Origin: Abditibacterium sp.
GTDB taxonomy: Bacteria > Armatimonadota > Abditibacteriia > Abditibacteriales > Abditibacteriaceae
Direction: 5' to 3'
NCBI GenBank assembly: GCA_965199495.1
Contig: CBDASK010000003.1
Location: 2,112,001-2,176,000 of the forward strand
DNA length: 64,000 nt
The notes below the pieces were generated by a model. That model saw only the letters and a list, made by a program, of their open reading frames with translations, was not told where the DNA came from and did no database searches. The first letter of the stretch is position 1. Every line of letters begins with the position of its first letter. Made by a program: the position numbers and the translations under genes. Shown piece by piece: positions 58,097 through 64,000 of this stretch.

Positions 58097-58241
58097 TTCT
58101 ACCTAAAATATAAATCCAGTTTCGCGTTGGGCGTTGCGAGCGAAACTGGAAATTTCTAATACGAACGGGACAAGGTGAAAACACGGTTTTCAGCGAAAGC
58201 CCAAGGATTGGAAAAAGGACGTTAGTCCCGCTCTTTTTAAA

Positions 58242-58343
58242 TAGGAGTTACGCAGTTGAAGATTTTCACGCTTGAGCGTGGAGCGAAAAGATGCAAAAAC
58301 GGCTCACGTTCACGCTCAGATTTTTCCAACTGCGTAACTCCTA
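58242..58343. mobile_element. MITE, 102 bp
   Basis: 17-bp TIRs TAGGAGTTACGCAGTTG and CAACTGCGTAACTCCTA, flanked by the direct repeat TTAAA (58237-41 and 58344-48). Confidence 0.8.
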
Positions 58344-58454
58344 TTAAAAAAGCTATTTTTCGGGTTCGCTATTGCCGATTTAAGTGAATCCGAATTGTCA
58401 AGTAAGACAACGCTCAATCGGAACTTTGGCGCCTGATTTGGCGTTGAAGAGCGC

Positions 58455-60386
58455 ATGCAATCCCTTCTAAAGACCACCGGCGTCGCGCTTCTGCTCGGCG
58501 GCGCTTTATTAATCGCTCAACCCGTTCACGCTATGCCCGAAGCCATCCAAGTCGCCGCGCCCGCCAAAAATTTGGTGCGCGCGCCCGAATTCCCCGCCGG
58601 TTTAACGTGGCTCAATACCGACAAACCGCTTTCGATCAAAGGCCTACGCGGCAAAGTCGTGCTGCTCGATTTTTGGACGTATGGCTGCATCAACTGCATT
58701 CATATTATTCCCGATTTGAAAAAGTTAGAAGCCAAATATCCCAACGAATTGGTCGTTATCGGCGTGCATTCGGCCAAGTTCGCCACCGAATCTGATGCGG
58801 GCAATTTGCGTCAGGCCGTGATGCGTTATGGTTTGGAACATCCGGTTGTTTCGGATAAAGACCTGCGCATTTGGAACGAATATGCGGTGCGCGCGTGGCC
58901 GACGCAGATTTTGATCGATCCCGATGGCCGCATCGTCGGGCAGGTCGCGGGCGAAGGCAACTACGACACGCTGGACAAGGCCATCGCGCAGACGATCCAA
59001 ACTTTTGGCAATCGCTTGGACAAAACTCCATTGAAAATCGCGCTCGAACGCTCTAAAGTCGCGCCGACTCCGCTTTATTTTCCCGGTAAAATCGCCGCGC
59101 AAAACGGAAGTCTGCTGATTTCCGATTCGAGCCACAATCGTGTCGTGTGGGCGTTGGGCGGCAAACTTGAGGCGACAATTGGTTCGGGCGAAGCCGGATT
59201 AAAAGACGGTGATTTCCAAAGCGCGCAGTTCTTCAATCCTCAAGGAATAGCGATGGACGGCGACGTTTTTTATGTGGCCGATACCAACAATCACGCGATT
59301 CGGTGCGTAAACTCAATAGACAAAACGGTGACGACCATCGCCGGGAACGGTCATCAGGCTGCTTATGGAGCGAAAGGTGGCGTCGGCACCAAAGCCGAAT
59401 TATCGTCGCCGTGGGATGTTTTGAGAATTGGCAGAACACTTTATATCGCGATGGCCGGGCCGCACCAGATTTGGCGCATGGATTTGGACACCAAAAAAGT
59501 GGACGTTTTCGCCGGTTCGGGCGCCGAAGCTCGCAAAGATGGCCCGCGTTTGCAAGCGGCGTTCGCGCAACCGTCGGGCTTGGCGAGCGATGGCAAAACT
59601 CTGTTCGTCGCCGATGCCGAAACTTCGACGATTCGCGCGATTAATCTGGCGAGCGGCGAAGTCGTAACATTAGCGGGTGGCGATTTGTTCGATTTCGGCG
59701 ACCGCGACGGACGCGGCGATGCGGCGCGTTTGCAGCACCCGCTCGGTCTGGATTATCACGATGGCGCGTTGTATTTGACCGATACGTATAACTCGAAAAT
59801 CAAGCGTTTAAATCCAGAGACGGGCGACGTGGCTACTGTTTTCGGCGGCGCGGGGCAATTGGACGAACCGGGCGGTCTGGCCTTCGATGGCGACACGCTT
59901 TATGTCGCCGACACCAACGATAGCGCGCTTAAAACCGTGGATTTAACCGCGAAAACCGCGACTCCACTAAAATTAATCGGATTGAGCGCGCCGAAGTTAG
60001 GCGCGGCGCCGGTCGAAATCGCTGTCAAAGAGGGCGCGCAAATTTTGGCACCGGGCGCGACGGTGAACTTGGTTTTCACGCCGCAAATTCCCAAAGGTTA
60101 TCATCTCAATTACGAAGCGCCGATTAAAGTCGAACTTTCGACAACCGGTTCGGGCGTCGTGCCTTCGACGATGAAAGTGCGCGGCAAAGACGTGAAATTG
60201 ACGACAACGATTCCGCTCAAAATCGCCAAATCTGGCAAAGGCACCATCGAAGTGAATGCGCTCATCGCCTATTGCAACGACGGCGACGGCGCGGTTTGCA
60301 AGGTTGATTCGGTCAAACGCTCGATTCCATTCGAGATTCGAGCGGGCGGCGCACAGGAAATTCGCGTCGCAGCTTCGTTTAAATAG
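58455..60386 (+). CDS. Secreted thioredoxin-like + NHL-repeat protein (NHLRC2/SOQ1-like)
   Basis: LDFWTYGCINC, GVHSAKF, AWPT, and repeated YVADT.NH / PxGLA units. Confidence 0.9.
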   Translation: MQSLLKTTGVALLLGGALLIAQPVHAMPEAIQVAAPAKNLVRAPEFPAGLTWLNTDKPLSIKGLRGKVVLLDFWTYGCINCIHIIPDLKKLEAKYPNELVVIGVHSAKFATESDAGNLRQAVMRYGLEHPVVSDKDLRIWNEYAVRAWPTQILIDPDGRIVGQVAGEGNYDTLDKAIAQTIQTFGNRLDKTPLKIALERSKVAPTPLYFPGKIAAQNGSLLISDSSHNRVVWALGGKLEATIGSGEAGLKDGDFQSAQFFNPQGIAMDGDVFYVADTNNHAIRCVNSIDKTVTTIAGNGHQAAYGAKGGVGTKAELSSPWDVLRIGRTLYIAMAGPHQIWRMDLDTKKVDVFAGSGAEARKDGPRLQAAFAQPSGLASDGKTLFVADAETSTIRAINLASGEVVTLAGGDLFDFGDRDGRGDAARLQHPLGLDYHDGALYLTDTYNSKIKRLNPETGDVATVFGGAGQLDEPGGLAFDGDTLYVADTNDSALKTVDLTAKTATPLKLIGLSAPKLGAAPVEIAVKEGAQILAPGATVNLVFTPQIPKGYHLNYEAPIKVELSTTGSGVVPSTMKVRGKDVKLTTTIPLKIAKSGKGTIEVNALIAYCNDGDGAVCKVDSVKRSIPFEIRAGGAQEIRVAASFK

Positions 60387-60397
60387 AATCGCGATTT

Positions 60398-60479
60398 GCG
60401 CCAACAGAACCCGGAGCGGAAGCGACGCGGCTAACGAACATAAAAGCCGCGTTGCTTCCGCTCTGGGTTCTGTTGGCGC
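60398..60479. repeat. Inverted repeat of a further REP-like family, a probable terminator
   Basis: 35-bp arms GCGCCAACAGAACCCGGAGCGGAAGCGACGCGGCT with 2 G-T-type mismatches. Confidence 0.8.
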
Positions 60480-60494
60480 GTGAAACGCGCTTGT

Positions 60495-61128
60495 TTACTC
60501 GCCCCGCACCGCAGCAACGCCCGATTTACTCTGCTGCGCCAATTCGCGAATGACCTTAACCGTCACCGCGTAATCTTCACCGAAATCGAATTGGATCAAT
60601 CCCAACGCTTCAGGAAAACGCCCCAGTTCGCGCGCGATTTCGGCGCGCAACATCCGATGTTCGGGCTTCACGCGGTCGAGCATCGTGAATAACGCTTTCA
60701 TGTTCGATGCAGCCACGTCGGACAACTCATTCAATTCGGCGGCGTTTTTCTCGTCGCGTCGCGCGTCGTTGAAGCAGTGCCACGCGTGAATGCGGCAATA
60801 AATTTCGCGTTCTTTGTCGGGCGCCAAACCCGATTCGATGGCTTCGAGATAATCGATTTCGGTTAACGCAATCGGCGCGCGCGCCCGGCACATTTTGGAA
60901 CGTTTGCGGCGGCGTCTCAAATGGATGTTCGCGCGCTTCGGGCAACCACAGCAACGTTTGGCAGTGTGCGCACCGCACCAAGGCCGGAGTTTGCGCAAAC
61001 ATCGGCGCGTCCATTTTGCCGTCCGTCCAATAACGCGCGCCGATGATGTTGCCCGAAAGCAACGTGCGTTCAATGAGCAAACCGTCGCACGACGGACATT
61101 CGCGATAAATCGTTTCGCCGGGCATCAT
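60495..61128 (-). pseudogene. Frameshifted gene for a Zn-ribbon (2x CxxC) + helical hypothetical protein
   Basis: The N-terminal half (CPSC...GARYWTDG...CAHC) and the C-terminal half (LTEIDY...RAEIARELGRF) lie in different frames that join near a (GC)5 run at about 60875-60884. Confidence 0.65.
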
Positions 61129-61168
61129 AAGTTGGCGCGCTGGGGGCAAAACGGGCGCCGCGAATCAT

Positions 61169-62035
61169 TCAAAATAAGCTCATCTGCTGCGCGCCCTCTT
61201 CGCCCGTCGCCGGAAAGCTGAGGCCGCCATCGAAAAGTTGCACGCCGCCGTGCGCCGAAATCGTGCTGCGCACTTCGCCCAGACATTCCGCCATTTCGTG
61301 AACGATTTGCTGCGTATTGAATCGCAAAACCGCCCAACCTTCGTGCGTCAGGGCGTTGTTGCGCTGGTTATCGTCGCGACTTTTTTCGGGATTGGCGTGA
61401 TAAGTGTCGCCGTCGCATTCGATATTCACGTTGCCGCGCGGACAGAAAACCGCGAAATCGAGGCAGTAATTGCGCTTGGCGATTTTGAGCCGCCATTGCC
61501 CTTCGGCTTCGATATTTCCCTGTTTCAGGCCGCGCCACATCGCGTCTTCGAGCGGCGATTCGTGCCACAAATCGTTGAGTTCGCGCGCGTTTTGCAGCTT
61601 GCGTAGCGTCGTCGCAAAGAACACCAGAAATCGCTGGCGCCGCGAAACTATCGGTTGTGGCAACGCTTGCAAAAGACCCAGATTAATTTTCAAATACGGT
61701 AAATCGGCGCGCGGATGAAATGGCTCGGACGGAAATAAATCGCGGCGCAAAACGGTGCGCTCGCTGGCGACGCGCGCCATCCACGCGATTGTGTAGGCGT
61801 CGGGGCCGAACTTTTTGCTGCCAAAATAAAACGCGATATGCTCGTAATTCGAGGGCGGCGCGCTCTTGCACGGAATCCAATACCAGCCCTGCGATTTGAC
61901 CATTTGCCAGTTGCGCGGTTCGGGCAGAATCGCCACCAGAACGCGCTCGGCGGGCGCAACACGCGCATACTCGGACGAACGCGCGAACAGATGATTCGTT
62001 GAATTTGCCGATGGATTCGTGCGCCGTGGCTGCAT
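61169..62035 (-). CDS. DUF559 (Vsr-like) endonuclease with an additional N-terminal domain
   Basis: C-terminal ESPLE, YCLDFA, IECDGDTYH, RDDNQRNNAL..GWAVLRF; N-terminal VLVAI...GWYWIP...IAFY domain. Confidence 0.85.
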   Translation of the reverse strand: MQPRRTNPSANSTNHLFARSSEYARVAPAERVLVAILPEPRNWQMVKSQGWYWIPCKSAPPSNYEHIAFYFGSKKFGPDAYTIAWMARVASERTVLRRDLFPSEPFHPRADLPYLKINLGLLQALPQPIVSRRQRFLVFFATTLRKLQNARELNDLWHESPLEDAMWRGLKQGNIEAEGQWRLKIAKRNYCLDFAVFCPRGNVNIECDGDTYHANPEKSRDDNQRNNALTHEGWAVLRFNTQQIVHEMAECLGEVRSTISAHGGVQLFDGGLSFPATGEEGAQQMSLF

Positions 62036-62100
62036 TGGCTCAGTGTGACACAAATCGGAGCATTGTGTTCACTGATTTGAGATTAAGCAATGTCATTGTA

Positions 62101-62373
62101 TGAAAGCGGGACTAACATCCAGGGCAAACGCACACCGAATTGAGCGTGAATCGTAGGGTCACCGGCTTGCCGTGACCGCAAAGGTCAGTTGACTTTGTTG
62201 TTTGGCAAGAGCTTGGACTTGACCTGAAGCCGTGACTTTGCGGTCACGGCAAGCCGGTGACCCTACGGTTCACGCTCAATTCGGTGTGCGTTTGCCCTGG
62301 GACTAACATCCTCTTCCAATCTCTGGTTTTCTCGATAGCCAAAGATTGGAAGAGGACGTTCGTCCCGCTTTCA
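62101..62373. repeat. GATTGGAAG-core palindrome interrupted by a MITE
   Basis: Removing the insert restores TGAAAGCGGGACTAACATCCTCTTCCAATCT...AGATTGGAAGAGGACGTTCGTCCCGCTTTCA. Confidence 0.8.
62120..62299. mobile_element. MITE with CAGGG ends, 180 bp, carrying a GTAG REP doublet
   Basis: TIRs begin CAGGGCAAACGCACACCGAATTGAGCGTGAA; direct repeat GGACTAACATC at 62109-62119 and 62300-62310. Confidence 0.88.
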
Positions 62374-62402
62374 CTTACAGGCGCATAGCAGCGCGATTTA
62401 CT

Positions 62403-63365
62403 TCACCACGAATAGCCTTCGGGCGAGGGTCTGTAACCGGGGAAAATCTCGTTTATCTGTTTGAGCGTTTCTTCGCTCAACTCGATTTCGGGCGCGCGTA
62501 GGGCACCTTCGAGTTGCTCCATCGTGCGCGGCCCGATGATGGGCGCTGTCACGACGGGATTGTGCAGCAACCACGCCAGAGCCACGTCGGCGGGCTGTTC
62601 GCCCAAATCGCGGCATAAACCTTCCCATTTTTCCAGCGATTCGCGGTTCTCTTCGATGCGTTCGCTCATGCCCGCGCGCCGACCTTCGCTGGGCTTATCT
62701 AACACGCCTCCTAACATTCCACCGCCGAGGGGACTCCACGGAATCAGGCCCAAACCGTAGGATTCGCACGCCGGAATCAGGTCGCGTTCGGCGGTGCGTT
62801 GCATCAAATTGTAGTGGGTTTGCTCGGAAACCAAGCCCAGAAAATTGCGGCGTTTGGCGATTTCGTTGGCCTGCGCGATGTGCCATCCGGCGAAGTTGGA
62901 CGAGCCGACGTAAATCACTTTGCCCTGCGAAACCAACAGTTCCATCGCCTGCCAGACTTCAGCCCACGGCGCCTCGCGCCAAACGTGGTGCATTTGATAC
63001 AAATCCAGATAATCGGTCTGCAAGCGCTGAAGCGATGCCTCGCACGCGCGCCGAATGTGCAGCGCCGAAAGCCGCGAAGTGTTGGGCCAATCGCCCATAT
63101 CGCCATAAACTTTGGTCGCCAAAACGACTTTCTCGCGTCGCCCGCCGCCCTGCGCGAAATAGCGCCCGATGATCGCTTCGGTGACGCCTTCGCCCTTTTT
63201 GTTGCCGTAAACGTTGGCGGTGTCCCAGAAATTGATGCCTTCATCGAGCGCCCGATCCATGATGGCGAACGCGTCCTTTTCTTCGGTTTGCGGCCCGAAA
63301 TTCATTGTGCCCAGACAAAGCCGACTCACCTTGAGGCCGGTGCGGCCCAGATTTGTGGTTTTCAT
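62403..63365 (-). CDS. Aldo/keto reductase
   Basis: LCLGTMNFG, DTANVYG, LATKV, LDLYQMH, GSSNF and WSPLGGG. Confidence 0.94.
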   Translation of the reverse strand: MKTTNLGRTGLKVSRLCLGTMNFGPQTEEKDAFAIMDRALDEGINFWDTANVYGNKKGEGVTEAIIGRYFAQGGGRREKVVLATKVYGDMGDWPNTSRLSALHIRRACEASLQRLQTDYLDLYQMHHVWREAPWAEVWQAMELLVSQGKVIYVGSSNFAGWHIAQANEIAKRRNFLGLVSEQTHYNLMQRTAERDLIPACESYGLGLIPWSPLGGGMLGGVLDKPSEGRRAGMSERIEENRESLEKWEGLCRDLGEQPADVALAWLLHNPVVTAPIIGPRTMEQLEGALRAPEIELSEETLKQINEIFPGYRPSPEGYSW

Positions 63366-63435
63366 AATATTTATTTTCGATTCGGAACTGAAACTCGCCA
63401 CCTACTGCGCGATTCGCGCGCCAACATCGCGGATT

Positions 63436-64000
63436 TTAACCACGCGCCACGCGAAAACCGCAATGCGCCGTCGTCGAATCGGGCGTGTTGCCCGTCCGCG
63501 CGGCGCAACGATAACGATTGCAATAGCTGGCGTGACACAAAAACGAGCCGCCGCGAATCGCTTTGAGCGTTTCGTCGCGCTGCGTCGGCGTGAAAAACCA
63601 ATCACTCGTCCAATCCCAAGTGTTGCCAGTCATGTTATAAAGTCCAAAACCGTTGGGCGCGAACGCGCGCGCGGGCGCCGTGCTTTTGTAGCCGTCGGCG
63701 CCGGTATCCAAATCGGGGAATTTGCCCTGCCACACGTTCATGCGATGATCGGGTTTGCCCTTTTGGGTCGGCACCAACTCGTCGCCCCACGGGAAAATTT
63801 TGCGTTCCAAACCGCCGCGCGCCGCGAATTCCCATTCGATTTCGGTCGGCAGACGCGCGCCCGCCCACGCGCAAAACGCGACGGCATCGTTCCACGAAAC
63901 GTGCGTCACCGGATAATCTTCGCGTTTTTTGATGTTGCTGCCCGGCCCTTCGGGATGCCGCCAATTGGCGCCTTCGACGCCAACCCACCACTGCGCGCCA
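63436..64000 (-). CDS. Formylglycine-generating enzyme (SUMF1) family protein, 5'-partial
   Basis: [52 protein letters not shown] and GFR. Confidence 0.93.
   Translation of the reverse strand, partial: GAQWWVGVEGANWRHPEGPGSNIKKREDYPVTHVSWNDAVAFCAWAGARLPTEIEWEFAARGGLERKIFPWGDELVPTQKGKPDHRMNVWQGKFPDLDTGADGYKSTAPARAFAPNGFGLYNMTGNTWDWTSDWFFTPTQRDETLKAIRGGSFLCHASYCNRYRCAARTGNTPDSTTAHCGFRVARG

Noticed and set aside
1..64000. tRNA, rRNA, prophage, integrase or transposase genes
   Set aside because: None were recognised by eye; a tRNAscan or Rfam run would be needed to exclude small RNAs.

Overview
A 64-kb, moderately GC-rich bacterial chromosomal window. The gene content suggests an Armatimonadota/Abditibacteriota-like organism, but this is inference. 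From left to right it holds: a urea uptake and urease operon (urtABCDE-ureA-[SDR]-ureB-[hypothetical]-ureC, ureC running off the left edge); a DUF2298 membrane protein; a GshB-like ATP-grasp ligase; a PAP2/haloperoxidase lipoprotein; a proteasome-type ARC ATPase; a GH140-like hydrolase; ispH; a degenerate phosphofructokinase homologue; 5-formyl-THF cyclo-ligase; a 2026-aa alpha-2-macroglobulin; an EAL protein; a DUF4129-DUF4350-MoxR cluster; cdsA; a HAD phosphatase; a histidine kinase and response regulator; glgC; the parA-parB locus with four parS sites (one inside pyrK), so the window is probably origin-proximal; nrdR-pyrK-pyrD; an AIPR gene; mntH with a VIT-family gene; an NHL-thioredoxin protein; a DUF559 nuclease; two aldo-keto reductases; and a partial formylglycine-generating enzyme. 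Three non-coding signals stand out. (1) The motif GTGGCTGC(A/T) is dispersed on both strands with at least 24 copies and behaves like a DNA-uptake or similar genome-signature sequence. (2) There is a dense set of palindromic REP/MITE-like elements, including a triply nested one with a target-site duplication and one inserted in frame inside a protein-coding gene. (3) The housekeeping genes around the parS cluster are AT-shifted. All counts and structures were read by eye; no searches were run.
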